This document shows positions 31,624 to 42,974 of a DNA stretch of 64,000 nt, piece after piece. Numbering within the stretch: position 1 is the first letter of the stretch; each line of letters begins with the position of its first letter. The notes under the pieces are model-generated. The model saw nothing but the letters and a program-made list of their open reading frames with translations. It was not told the DNA's origin and searched no databases. Where the stretch lies: positions 1,888,001 to 1,952,000 of the forward strand of contig OY968796.1 in assembly GCA_963695545.1 (NCBI GenBank), written 5' to 3'. A program made the translations under genes and the position numbers. Origin of the DNA: Terriglobia bacterium (GTDB lineage Bacteria; Acidobacteriota; Terriglobia; Acidiferrales; UBA7541).

Positions 31624-31817
31624 GCTGGACCCTCCCGGGGCCTTTGGGCTCACTGGTGGCCTAACTTCTGCCAGTGCACGATTTGGGCGGACACTATACA
31701 CGTAGCACCTTCGCAATTACCAGTTAATTAGACGCAGAATGTTGGCTTTAGGTCGCAGCGGGCAATCGATTTACGCGCGAATAGAGGGTACCAGTACCTA
31801 TCCAGACCGGTCCAACG

Positions 31818-32123
31818 CTAGGCCAATTCCACCCAGATGTCGTCGCCTTTGACTTCGATCGGGTAGCACGCCACGCCGACAGCCGGGTTCATCAGTAGCT
31901 TGCCGTTCGTGACATCGTATTGCCAACCATGCCACGGGCACGTGAGCACTTTGCCTTGCAACTCGCCCTGGCCCAGCGGGCCGCCGCGATGCAGGCAGGT
32001 GTTGTTGATAGCGTAGAACTTACCGTCCACGTTGGCGATTGCCAGCGTCGTCCCCTCAACCTGGAACTCGCGGACGGAACCGGCGGGAAGCTCATCGGTT
32101 TTCGCTGCGCGTATCAACGCCAT
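31818..32123 (-). CDS. Rieske [2Fe-2S] ferredoxin
   Basis: CLHRGGPL and CPWHGWQYD. Confidence 0.92.
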   Translation of the reverse strand: MALIRAAKTDELPAGSVREFQVEGTTLAIANVDGKFYAINNTCLHRGGPLGQGELQGKVLTCPWHGWQYDVTNGKLLMNPAVGVACYPIEVKGDDIWVELA

Positions 32124-32141
32124 TGCGGAACTCCTGGGATC

Positions 32142-32702
32142 TCAGCGGGGCGATGGCGTCTGCGCCACCATCACGCCGCGCTTGAATTGGTCCACCAACT
32201 CGGGCCGCAGCCGCACCGCAGTAGGCCGCTTGGCCAGCGACATTTGGTCGATTTTGTCCTGCAATTTCAGCAGCGCATAGAACAGCGCCTCGGGCCGCGG
32301 CGGACAGCCGATCACGTAGACATCCACCGGCACGATCTTGTCCACGCCTTGCAGCACGGAATACGCGTTGAAGGGACCGCCGACGCTTGAGCACGCGCCC
32401 ATCGAGATGCACCACTTCGGATCCGGCATCTGGTCCCACACGCGCTTGAGCACCGGCGCCATTTTTAGCGTCACCGTGCCGGCCACGATCATTAAATCAG
32501 CTTGGCGCGGCGAGGGCCGAAACACTTCGGCGCCGAAGCGCGCGATATCGAAGCGCGAGGTCGTGGAAGCGATCATTTCGATTGCGCAGCAGGCCAGTCC
32601 AAATGTCAGCGGCCAGATCGCGGACTTGCGCGCCCAATTGAAAACGTAATCTACCGATGTGATCAGGAAATTTTTTTCAAACCGCTGATCGAGAACGCCC
32701 AT
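32142..32702 (-). CDS. nuoB: NADH-quinone oxidoreductase subunit B, stand-alone
   Basis: [32 protein letters not shown] 32702. Confidence 0.93.
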   Translation of the reverse strand: MGVLDQRFEKNFLITSVDYVFNWARKSAIWPLTFGLACCAIEMIASTTSRFDIARFGAEVFRPSPRQADLMIVAGTVTLKMAPVLKRVWDQMPDPKWCISMGACSSVGGPFNAYSVLQGVDKIVPVDVYVIGCPPRPEALFYALLKLQDKIDQMSLAKRPTAVRLRPELVDQFKRGVMVAQTPSPR

Positions 32703-32902
32703 GTGTGTTCCGATTCTCCCCGCGGAAGCGCGAGTATAGCGCCGTGCTTTGCCGCCGTCAAAGGCGTGAAATCGCCCCGAAGCCGCGTGTACCCGCAGGC
32801 CGCGGTGCCGAATCGAATCAAGCAGGGAACTGCGCAGAGCAGCGCGCCGCGCCCCGTGCGACAATGAAGTTTGACAACGAAGATCGATAACGAAATCCCG
32901 CG

Positions 32903-34249
32903 GTGGAAGAGGACCCCGGCTTGATGCCCCGAATCACCTGGTACTTTGCGCGATTTACGATCCCTGTAATAACGCTCGTTCTCCTTTTTCTCTCGCAGCG
33001 CTACTGGCTGCGCCGCGGCCGCGAGATGTCTTCGCGCCTCGCGCGCGCCGCAGCGCGTCGATGGGCGCGCACAGCGTGCACCGCCTTGTTGGTGCTTTTG
33101 GTTTTTATCGTCGTGAACGACATGCTTGGCCGCTACGCTCCGTTGCCTCGCAATCGTTTGTTGGCCGAAATCGCTTGGCTGTGGTTTTCCAGTTCCATGA
33201 TGGCGTACGTGGCGATTCGGGCGGTGCACGCGGTGGCTTGGCTCTGGGATCGCGCGCTTCCTCCGCGCGCGGCGCGTGCGTCGGCTTCCGATGAAGCGCC
33301 GGTCGATCTCGCGCGGCGCCGCTTTGTGCAGACGGCCGCCGTGGTGGCTGGCGCCGCGCCGTTCGCAGGTTTCGCCTACGGTTTCGCCGTCGAGCGCTGG
33401 CAATTCCAAGTGCGCGAGCAGGAACTCGCGCTCGAGACGCTGCCGCCCGAACTCGACGGCCTGCGCATCGCGCAGTTGAGCGACCTCCACATCGGCAGCT
33501 TCATGCCCGCGCGCGAGATTCGCCGCGCCGTGGGCATGGCCAACGATCTGCGCGCCGACCTGACCGTCGTCAGCGGCGATTTCCTCACCGAAGCCGGCGA
33601 TCCGCTCGAGGCCTGCATCGCGGAACTCGCGCGACTCCGCGCGCCGCTCGGTGTCTGGGGCTGCAATGGCAATCACGAAATTTACGCGGGAGTTGAGGCG
33701 CTCGCGGCCGATCTCTTCAGCCGCTATGGCATGAAGCTACTGCGGCAGGAGCGCGCCGAGATTCGCTCAAATGGCCGCGCGCTCCATTTGATCGGCGTCG
33801 ATTATCAGCGCGAACGCAATCCGAACGGCACGAAGCGCCGCGCGCTCACCGCGATCGAATCGCTCGTCGATCCAAACATGTTTCACATCTTGATGTCGCA
33901 CAATCCCAATTCGTTCGAGCGCGCCGCGGAATTGGGAATCGATTTATCGCTTGCCGGCCACACCCACGGCGGCCAAATCCGCGTCGAGATTCTCGATGCC
34001 GATATCAGCCCCGCGCGCTTTTTCACGCCGTACATCGCGGGCCTTTACCGCCGTCCACTCTTCGCCTCGTCGAGCGACACCGATTTCGATCTGCGCACCG
34101 GCGCCGCTACAAATTTGCCGCAGGCGATCCCAACGCCCAGCGCCGGATCGCTGCTCTACGTCAATCGCGGTCTCGGCACCATCGGCGCGCCCGTTCGCCT
34201 TGGCGTCCCTCCCGAAATCACTTTGCATACTCTGCGCCGCTCCGTCTGA
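32903..34249 (+). CDS. Membrane-anchored metallophosphoesterase (YkuE-like)
   Basis: [24 protein letters not shown]-terminal TM helices. Confidence 0.88.
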   Translation: MEEDPGLMPRITWYFARFTIPVITLVLLFLSQRYWLRRGREMSSRLARAAARRWARTACTALLVLLVFIVVNDMLGRYAPLPRNRLLAEIAWLWFSSSMMAYVAIRAVHAVAWLWDRALPPRAARASASDEAPVDLARRRFVQTAAVVAGAAPFAGFAYGFAVERWQFQVREQELALETLPPELDGLRIAQLSDLHIGSFMPAREIRRAVGMANDLRADLTVVSGDFLTEAGDPLEACIAELARLRAPLGVWGCNGNHEIYAGVEALAADLFSRYGMKLLRQERAEIRSNGRALHLIGVDYQRERNPNGTKRRALTAIESLVDPNMFHILMSHNPNSFERAAELGIDLSLAGHTHGGQIRVEILDADISPARFFTPYIAGLYRRPLFASSSDTDFDLRTGAATNLPQAIPTPSAGSLLYVNRGLGTIGAPVRLGVPPEITLHTLRRSV

Positions 34250-34332
34250 CGCCCGCGAGCGGCGGCCCGGCACAACCCGCGATCCTTTTCCGACCGCGAT
34301 GCGCTACGTAGCTGCGTGATACCATCGCGCGC

Positions 34333-34797
34333 ATGAGCGATTCTCACATCGTCGAAGCCTGGGCCATCCACGATCGCATCAATCGCTATCTGCTTGCCGC
34401 GATTCCGGACAAGGCGCTCGCCGCGGTCTCCGCCTCGAAGGGCCGCTCCGTCGCTGAACAGTTCGCGCACATCCACACGGTTCGGCTGATGTGGCTGAAG
34501 GTCGCGCAGCCCGCGGCGCTCGCCGGCCTGCCGAAACTCGAAAAAGACGCGCTCGATCGCAAGAAGCTCAATTCCGCGCTCGAAAAATCCAGCGCCGCGA
34601 TTGCCGACCTACTCGCGCACGCCGCGGCGAATGGCGATCGTGTCAAAGGTTTCAAACCGCACGCCACCGCGTTTTTCGCCTATCTTGTCTCGCACGAATC
34701 GCATCACCGCGGCCAAATTATGCTCGCGCTCAAGCAGGCCGGTTTTCCCGTCGAGAAAAAAATCGCCTACGGCATTTGGGAGTGGGGCGCGCGGTAG
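34333..34797 (+). CDS. DinB family protein
   Basis: FAHIH..R and SHESHHRGQ. Confidence 0.85.
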   Translation: MSDSHIVEAWAIHDRINRYLLAAIPDKALAAVSASKGRSVAEQFAHIHTVRLMWLKVAQPAALAGLPKLEKDALDRKKLNSALEKSSAAIADLLAHAAANGDRVKGFKPHATAFFAYLVSHESHHRGQIMLALKQAGFPVEKKIAYGIWEWGAR

Positions 34798-36303
<1,506 letters not shown>

Positions 36304-36322
36304 ATCGGCCTAAAATTTAGTC

Positions 36323-36351
36323 TTGACATAAGGCGAACAAAAAGCGAATAT
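36323..36351 (+). promoter_or_regulatory. Sigma70-like promoter overlapped by a candidate SOS box
   Basis: TTGACA at 36323 followed by AGGCGAA-caaaa-AGCGAA (36331-36348). Confidence 0.65.
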
Positions 36352-36419
36352 GTCGCCGCGCCGCGATTCTCGCTCGGCGGGCAAGTTCCGCACCTCAAAA
36401 CTCAATCAGGAGCACCACC

Positions 36420-36926
36420 ATGCCGATCAACCAAGCCTTGCTTCCCGAATTCGATCACGAAATGGCCAACACTCGAAAAACTCTCGAACGCACTCCCGAC
36501 GCCAAATGGACCTGGAAGCCCCACGAAAAATCCGGACAAATGGGCTGGCTCGTCACCCATCTAGCCAACCTCCCCGGCTGGGGCGCCGACGTGCTCACCA
36601 GCGACAGCTTCGATTTCGCGCCCGGCGGAAAAATGGTCGAAATGGCCAAGGCCACCAACACCAAAGAGGCGCTGGCCCTCTTCGATAAAAACGTCGCCGC
36701 CGCCCGCGCCGCCTTGGCCGCCTCCACCGACGAGCAATTGATGAAGTCGTGGTCCCTGCTGCAGAACGGCACTCCCATTTTCACCATGCCGCGCGTCGCG
36801 GTCATCCGCAGCATGATCATGAATCATTCGATTCACCATCGCGCGCAGTTGGGCGTCTATCTCCGCCTCAACGATGTCCCCGTTCCCGGAAATTACGGCC
36901 CCACCGCGGACGAGCGCCCGTCGTAG
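36420..36926 (+). CDS. DinB family protein
   Basis: WKPHEKS, LVTHLA, NHSIHHRAQL.VYLR, YGPTAD. Confidence 0.88.
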   Translation: MPINQALLPEFDHEMANTRKTLERTPDAKWTWKPHEKSGQMGWLVTHLANLPGWGADVLTSDSFDFAPGGKMVEMAKATNTKEALALFDKNVAAARAALAASTDEQLMKSWSLLQNGTPIFTMPRVAVIRSMIMNHSIHHRAQLGVYLRLNDVPVPGNYGPTADERPS

Positions 36927-36973
36927 ATTTTCCCGCGCGCCCACAGCGCTGGAGTTCGTAGCTTTTGAACTAT

Positions 36974-36996
36974 GTAGCGGAGGCCTTCAGGCCTCC
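36974..36996 (+). repeat. REP-like palindrome (GTAG plus hairpin)
   Basis: GTAG-C-GGAGGCC-TTCA-GGCCTCC in an intergenic gap. Confidence 0.5.
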
Positions 36997-37067
36997 AGGT
37001 TTATGACTTTTCCTGCTTCGGTTTTTATGAGCGCGTGCGCCTTTTGAAAGCGCACCGCGCCCCAAAA

Positions 37068-37754
37068 ATGAACAACGATCTCCTCCGCGAAGAATTCAAC
37101 CGCTGGGCCGAAGCCGGCCGCGGCGAGCACATGGAAGAGGACCATCTCCCCATCACCCTCCCCGTGCTCGATCGCATGCAGATCCGCCCTGACGACAATA
37201 TTCTCGATGTCGGCTGCGGCGCCGGCTGGCTCGCGCGCCTGCTTGCCGAACGCGTTCCCGATGGCCGCGTCGTGGGCCTCGATGTTTCCGATGAAATGAT
37301 TCGCCGTGCCCGCCGCAATCTCGCCGACGTGGAAAATGTCCTCTTCGTAGTCGCCGGCGCCGACGAAATTCCCTGGGACGCGAATTTTTTCACCCACGCC
37401 ATCTCCGTCGAATCCGCCTACTACTGGCCCGATCCTCCGCGCGGCCTCAAGGAAATTTTCCGCGTCCTCGCCGAAGGCGGCCGCGCTCACGTCCTGATCA
37501 ATTTTTACCGCGATAATCCTCACTGCCACCAATGGGCCGCGCAATTCGCCACGCCCGCGCATCTGTATTCCGCCGAAGAATGGGCCGCGGTGTTCCGCGC
37601 CGCCGGCTTCGCCGACGTCGCGCACGATCTCATCCCCGATCCCACCCCCGCCCCCGAATCCTATTCCGGCCGCTGGTTCCGCGACGCCGCCCAACTCCGC
37701 GCCTTCCGCGAAGTCGGCGCCCTCCTCGTTCAGGGAACCAAGCGCAGCGAGTAG
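37068..37754 (+). CDS. Class I SAM-dependent methyltransferase
   Basis: LDVGCGAGW, GLDVS, ESAYY, VLAEGG; ATG 37068. Confidence 0.88.
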   Translation: MNNDLLREEFNRWAEAGRGEHMEEDHLPITLPVLDRMQIRPDDNILDVGCGAGWLARLLAERVPDGRVVGLDVSDEMIRRARRNLADVENVLFVVAGADEIPWDANFFTHAISVESAYYWPDPPRGLKEIFRVLAEGGRAHVLINFYRDNPHCHQWAAQFATPAHLYSAEEWAAVFRAAGFADVAHDLIPDPTPAPESYSGRWFRDAAQLRAFREVGALLVQGTKRSE

Positions 37755-37776
37755 CTAGCGAATAAAGTTCGAGGAT

Positions 37777-38481
37777 TTATCGGCGTTCTGCGGCGTACTT
37801 CACCAATAGCCACGGTTCCCAAATAGCTGCCTCAGCTCCAGTGCGCACCATGTGTTCCGTCACCTGAATAGCCCCTTGGAGATCATCGATTAGTCCATTT
37901 TCGTTCGGCCGAACTCCAAAGAGTCTCTGCGCTTCGTCGGGCATGTAGTGGCAGAGCCAGGTGTGAAAATGCGTGGTCTCAAAGCCAAGGGGCTCGTACC
38001 CCAAAATGCCTCCTCCCTCCGCCAGCGATTCCTTCAGTTCGACACGTTCCAATAGTCCATAGCCCCGATTCGCGTCTTTTTCGATCTGTCCATAGAAGGA
38101 GGGAAGTAGAGATTTATGCAATCCAATTCCTACAATCTCGACTCCGTCGCCGACAACAAATCGCCGGACAAACTCGCACGCTTTCTGAAGCGAGAGAAAT
38201 GCATTCGGGTATTGACCCACGGGCGTCTCCGCCTTCACCCAGTCGACCAACTCCGGCGCAAGATGGGCCGGCACCTCGAATTTCGCAACGTGTTCAGCCG
38301 CCTCCTCTCGCGTGTTGTTTCCCCATGCCATGGTCCAAGCATCCGGTGCAATGGCCGCAAGACAGGATGAGAGCGTTATCAAGGTTCGCGGCAAGAGCGA
38401 AAAGGGCCCCTCGGGGCGCTGAATCGGCTTGACGACGAAATAGCCACCGCTGATGTATTCAGAATTGCTTGGTGAGGCCAT
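37777..38481 (-). CDS. Hypothetical protein (lower GC than its neighbours)
   Basis: 234-aa ORF, LGYEPLG...FHTWLCH...NENGLI; visibly less GC-biased codons. Confidence 0.7.
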   Translation of the reverse strand: MASPSNSEYISGGYFVVKPIQRPEGPFSLLPRTLITLSSCLAAIAPDAWTMAWGNNTREEAAEHVAKFEVPAHLAPELVDWVKAETPVGQYPNAFLSLQKACEFVRRFVVGDGVEIVGIGLHKSLLPSFYGQIEKDANRGYGLLERVELKESLAEGGGILGYEPLGFETTHFHTWLCHYMPDEAQRLFGVRPNENGLIDDLQGAIQVTEHMVRTGAEAAIWEPWLLVKYAAERR

Positions 38482-38563
38482 CGAGCAAATTGTACGACTC
38501 CGGCTTCATAGATGCCACGCAAGATCGGACTGCTCAATCCGGAAGATGCCCTGCTAACAAATT

Positions 38564-38916
38564 TGTATTCGAATACTCACTTAATAGTTGACAGAATTCT
38601 GAATACGCGGTATATTTCGTCATGTTCGCCGCCAGTCAATTCGAATCGTTCCCCATCTCCACTTTTCCTCGCCTCGCCCGAGCATTCAATCCGACCTTTA
38701 TCGCCGCGCATCGCGTAAATCCCGCCCCAATAACCCATTCATTTTCAAATGGATCCACATCCCTTGAAAGGAGTGCGTATCTAGCTGAAAACACTGAACA
38801 TATGTATTCCGTTAAACCCTTTTGTTTCAGTCGATTGTGCACTCCTCATGCATGCTTTTCCTGCAAGTCCCATGTTCGCAGTCTTTTACGAATTGGGTAC
38901 CGGGGGTGTACACCCC
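38564..38916 (+). repeat. Copy B of the dispersed promoter-bearing intergenic element
   Basis: TGTATTCGAATACTCA, TTGACA-N17-TATATT, TGTTCGCCGCCA, TTTCCTGCAAGTC, GGGGTGTACACCCC; homologous to 26555-26823. Confidence 0.8.
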
Positions 38917-38984
38917 TGGGAAGTCAGAGGAAGGATGGGAGCTGCTTCACCGGAATGGGCGGGACTATCCTCCGCGCGATTTGC

Positions 38985-41123
38985 CTACACCAACCGAGCG
39001 AGAAGCGCCTTCAATTCATCGGGATCGTTGGTTGGCGGCTGGCAGGAGGTTCCGACGCAAACGAGAGCTTGCGCCACATCCGCGCGAACGTGGGGCAACG
39101 TTTCCGCGAGCGCGGGCGGCAGCGCCGCCGCTTCGGCGCCGTTCGGCAAGACGCGCAGAACGACTTTGCCGAAGCGATACGACCCGTTCGCAACCCGTTC
39201 GAGTTGCCCTGCCGTGTCATGGAGCGCCGGGCCCGTGACCACAATTTGCACCGCCCCTCGCGCATGCAGCAGCGCAGCGAGTCCATACGTCGCGGCGTGC
39301 AGTCCGTATTCGGGCGCAATTTTGGCGAATGCATCGAGCGTCGCCGTGCTGCGTTCGCGATACCGCGCGTCGCCCGTGAATTCGTAGAGCCGGTCGAGCA
39401 ATATCGCCGCGGCCGCGTTGCCGCCCGGCGTCGGCGAATCCTGAAACGGTTTTCGACGCACGTCGAGTCCGCCGAGCGGCGCCGCGCTCGCCGGCCGATC
39501 GAAGAAGCCGCCGGCAACAGAATCGGCAAACTGCGCGATCATCACGTCGGCGGCGCGCCGAGCGGCGTCGAAATACCGCCGGTCGAGCGTGGCTTCATAC
39601 GCGTCGAGCAGCGCTAGGCCGGTGAAAACTTGATCGTCGAGCGAACCATCCAGACGCGGCCCGCCTCCGAAGCGATGCGCGAAGCCGCGCTCTGCATTCC
39701 AGGTTTCGCCGAGGATGCGATCGAGCGTGCGCAATGCGAATTGCCCCGCGCGGCGGCCGAGATCGTTGTCGAGCACGCGCGCAGCCGCAAGAAATGCCGA
39801 GCAGAACATCGCGTTCCACGAAACGTAGTGCGTCGTGTCGACAAAAGGAGCCGCGCGCTTCTCGCGCACAGCGAGCAGCTTTTGTTTCGCCGACGCGATC
39901 AGTTCCGCGACGCGCGGCTCGGCCAGTCCAACTTCGCGCGCGATTTCGGCTGGCTCGAACGCGCGGCACAGCGTGTTTTTCAGCGGGTTGTGATGCATCT
40001 GCCCGACCGGCTCGACGCCGTAGAAAATTTCCGCCACGCGCGCTTCTTCCGGATCAAGCGCCGCGCGCAACTCGTCGAGCGTCCAGGTGAAATAGTCGCC
40101 GTCGTCGTCGAGCGTTTGATCGGCGTCCTGGCTCGCATAGAATCCGCCGCGCTCTTGATCCGAAAGCGTGGTCGTAACCCAGCCGATGATCGATTCGGCG
40201 ACCTCGCGGAACAGCGGCTCTCCGGTCACCTGGTAGCCGTGCAGATAGTTTTTGAGCAGTTCGGAATTGTCGTAACTCATTTTCTCGAAGTGCGGCACGC
40301 GCCAGTGCTCGTCGACCGAGTACCGATGAAATCCGCCGGCGAGCTGATCGTAAACACCACCGCGCGCCATGTGCTCGAGCGTAGTTTGCGCGACGTTCGT
40401 AAGTTCCGATTTTGCGGCGCCCGGCGAAGTGGACGCGATGGAAGAAGCCTGGCAGCGATCGAGAATCAGATCGAGCGCCGAAGGATGCGGGAATTTCGGC
40501 GCGCGCCCGAAGCCGCCGTCGCGCGGATCGAAGCGCGCCACGATCGATTCCACCATGCGATCGACAACACCCGCATCGAATGTGCCCGCTGCGCCTTCAA
40601 AACTTTCCGCGCGCGCCACGGCTTGCGAAAGCGCGTCCGCCGCTTCATCGACCTCTTTCCTGCGCGTGCGAAACGCCTCGGCCATCGTCGCGAGAACGCG
40701 CCGGAAACCGGGACGCCCGCCCATGTCGTCAGGCGGAAAATATGTGCCGCCAAAAAATGGCCGCCCATCCGGCAGAAGAAATCCGGTAAGCGGCCAGCCG
40801 CCCTGCCCGGAGACGGCGCTGATGGCGGTTTGATACCGCGCGTCCACGTCGGGCCGCTCGTCGCGATCGACCTTCACCGCGACGAAAAGTTTGTTGATCA
40901 GCGCCGCGATTTCCGGATCTTCGTAGCTTTCGCGGTCGATCACGTGGCACCAGTGGCACCACACCGCGCCGATATCGAGCAGGATCGGGCGATCCTCCTC
41001 GCGCGCCCGCGCAAAAGCTTCGTCGCCCCATTCGTACCACGCCACCGGCTGATGCGCAGCGGAACGCAGATATGGGCTGGCCGAGTGAGCGAGGCGTTGC
41101 GCGGCGGCGTCGGAGTCGGTCAC
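38985..41123 (-). CDS. YyaL/SSP411 family thioredoxin-domain protein
   Basis: SPYL..A.QPV.W..W, WCHWCHV, KVDRDERPD, GGWPLT, PHFEKM.YDN. Confidence 0.92.
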   Translation of the reverse strand: MTDSDAAAQRLAHSASPYLRSAAHQPVAWYEWGDEAFARAREEDRPILLDIGAVWCHWCHVIDRESYEDPEIAALINKLFVAVKVDRDERPDVDARYQTAISAVSGQGGWPLTGFLLPDGRPFFGGTYFPPDDMGGRPGFRRVLATMAEAFRTRRKEVDEAADALSQAVARAESFEGAAGTFDAGVVDRMVESIVARFDPRDGGFGRAPKFPHPSALDLILDRCQASSIASTSPGAAKSELTNVAQTTLEHMARGGVYDQLAGGFHRYSVDEHWRVPHFEKMSYDNSELLKNYLHGYQVTGEPLFREVAESIIGWVTTTLSDQERGGFYASQDADQTLDDDGDYFTWTLDELRAALDPEEARVAEIFYGVEPVGQMHHNPLKNTLCRAFEPAEIAREVGLAEPRVAELIASAKQKLLAVREKRAAPFVDTTHYVSWNAMFCSAFLAAARVLDNDLGRRAGQFALRTLDRILGETWNAERGFAHRFGGGPRLDGSLDDQVFTGLALLDAYEATLDRRYFDAARRAADVMIAQFADSVAGGFFDRPASAAPLGGLDVRRKPFQDSPTPGGNAAAAILLDRLYEFTGDARYRERSTATLDAFAKIAPEYGLHAATYGLAALLHARGAVQIVVTGPALHDTAGQLERVANGSYRFGKVVLRVLPNGAEAAALPPALAETLPHVRADVAQALVCVGTSCQPPTNDPDELKALLARLV

Positions 41124-41183
41124 GAAGTGGCTCTCTTTCTTTTTGTGGCGCGTGCTTTGTGCGGTGCCCGTGGCGGGCGCGCG

Positions 41184-41636
41184 TTACTGGATCAAATCTT
41201 TCGCACCGCTGTCGTTCGGATCGATCGGCTTGCGCCCGGCAAATCCTTCGTCAGGACGATGCCAGAAGCGGATGCGGTCCTCGCCCAGGCGCCAGCACAG
41301 AAGCACCTCCTCATCATTCAACCGCGCGGGAAAATCCACCAGTCCGATGTCGAGGTCCTTGATGATGCATCCCGCCGCTTGTATACGATCGACCGCGGCG
41401 CGCACCACCTCTTCCAATTGGTCGCGCTCCACGCGTACTCGGCCCAGACTTTCATGCGGCAGCGTCACGCCGCCCATCATCAGAATGCGCTGCGAGACCT
41501 TGCCGAGCGCGTCATCGAGCTCGCTCATTTTCTGCCGGCACTCGACGGCTTCGGCCAGCGTCGGTTCGAGCTCGCGGCGCGCGCGCTCAGCCGATTTCAG
41601 CGTGAAAATCTTCGGTTCTGGCGATTCGTCGGACAT
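41184..41636 (-). CDS. DUF2203 family protein
   Basis: KDLDIGLVDFP, LCWRLGE, WH...GFAGRKP; ATG 41636. Confidence 0.88.
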   Translation of the reverse strand: MSDESPEPKIFTLKSAERARRELEPTLAEAVECRQKMSELDDALGKVSQRILMMGGVTLPHESLGRVRVERDQLEEVVRAAVDRIQAAGCIIKDLDIGLVDFPARLNDEEVLLCWRLGEDRIRFWHRPDEGFAGRKPIDPNDSGAKDLIQ

Positions 41637-41763
41637 ACTGCATTTTCCCCTAACCGGCCGATGTTTGCCAGCGCGCGGCGCGCAGCCTCGCGCTCGTCGC
41701 TTTCGCACCGGCGCTCGCGCCCTCGCGCCGCCGCTTCCGGCGTTTATGGTAGAGTCGCAAACC

Positions 41764-42930
41764 ATGCGCATCTTCGTTCTCGGCACCGGAGCGACGGGCT
41801 CGCTCCTGGCGCAACTCCTCGAGCGGCAGGGACATCGCGTCACTTGCGGCGACCGCGATCCCGAGCGCGGCCGCCGCTTTCTCGGCAAACGCAGCAAAAT
41901 TCCCGTGGTTGCCGTGAACGCGCGCAACTTGTGGGGAATCGTGCGTGCGGCGCGCGGATCGCATTTGCTCGTGAACGCGTCGGCCGCGGTGTTCAACGAA
42001 ATCGCGCTGCGCGCGGCGCTGCGTCTGCGCGCGCACTATCTCGATCTCGCCACGCATCTCGTGAGCCATCCCTTCCGCCCCGAACAATTGCGCTACAACC
42101 GCAAATTCCAATCGAAAGGCCGCGCCGCGGTTTTCGCCGCGGGCGCTTCGCCCGGTTTGACGAATTTGCTCGCCGCGCGCGCGGCCGAGCAGCTCGATTC
42201 AGTGGAATCGATTCGGTTGCGCCTATACGAGAGCACCGAAAGCGACGATCCAGTCTCGCAATGGTCGGCCGAGGTCTCCTTCGATGAAGCCGTTTCGCGT
42301 CCGCCGATCGTCCGCGAAGGACGCTTCCTTTTTGGAAAACGTTTCGGCGAACCGGAAACATTCCGCTTCCCGCGCCCGATCGGCGAAACGCGCGTTGTGC
42401 TCGCCGCGCAGGATGAAGTGTGCATCGTGCCGCACACGCTGAAGTTGCGCGAGATGGACGCGAAGATCGGCGGAAATGAAATGGATCGCTTGCGCCGCTG
42501 GTATCGGCAAGGGAAGTTGCGGCGCTCGCGTGGAATCGTGGCTTCGCGCTTTCCGAAGACGCCCACCCCGAAACAGGTGGCGCGCCTGATTCGCCGCGGC
42601 GTTTTGCACAACGCGCGATTCGCCGCGGCCATCGTGGTTCGCGGAGTGAAAAGCGACGAGCCGCTCGAGATCCGTTGGGACGCCGGCTTTCCGACGCTCT
42701 ATCAGCTTCGGGCCCGCGGACTGCACGCGTCGCCCGTGGCTTACGCCACCGCCGAAATCGCGGCGATGTTCGTGCGACATTTCCCGCGCGAAATTCCGGG
42801 CGTGCACGCGCCGGGCGATTTGCCGGCCGAGGCGCGCCAAGCGATCTTGAATGACGCGCGCGCGCGCGGTTTCAAACTGACGATGAAGACGACGCGCCTG
42901 AAAAAATCCGAAGACGACGAGGAGTACTGA
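41764..42930 (+). CDS. Saccharopine dehydrogenase-like NAD(P)-binding oxidoreductase
   Basis: VLGTGATG Rossmann motif, HYLDLA, GASPGLTN; ATG 41764. Confidence 0.8.
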   Translation: MRIFVLGTGATGSLLAQLLERQGHRVTCGDRDPERGRRFLGKRSKIPVVAVNARNLWGIVRAARGSHLLVNASAAVFNEIALRAALRLRAHYLDLATHLVSHPFRPEQLRYNRKFQSKGRAAVFAAGASPGLTNLLAARAAEQLDSVESIRLRLYESTESDDPVSQWSAEVSFDEAVSRPPIVREGRFLFGKRFGEPETFRFPRPIGETRVVLAAQDEVCIVPHTLKLREMDAKIGGNEMDRLRRWYRQGKLRRSRGIVASRFPKTPTPKQVARLIRRGVLHNARFAAAIVVRGVKSDEPLEIRWDAGFPTLYQLRARGLHASPVAYATAEIAAMFVRHFPREIPGVHAPGDLPAEARQAILNDARARGFKLTMKTTRLKKSEDDEEY

Positions 42931-42974
42931 ACGCCGCGCTGGGCAACTGCGCGCGTTAGTTGTTGAACGCTGTT

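Noticed and set aside
38622..39617. 331-aa ORF starting at the element's predicted TSS
   Set aside because: Mostly antisense to yyaL; frame not conserved in copy A (1-nt indel after codon 4)
39630..42287. 885-aa + strand ORF and many other long antisense ORFs (e.g. 5923-7161, 43017-44288, 57588-58808)
   Set aside because: Shadow ORFs of well-supported genes in GC-rich DNA; no recognisable motifs
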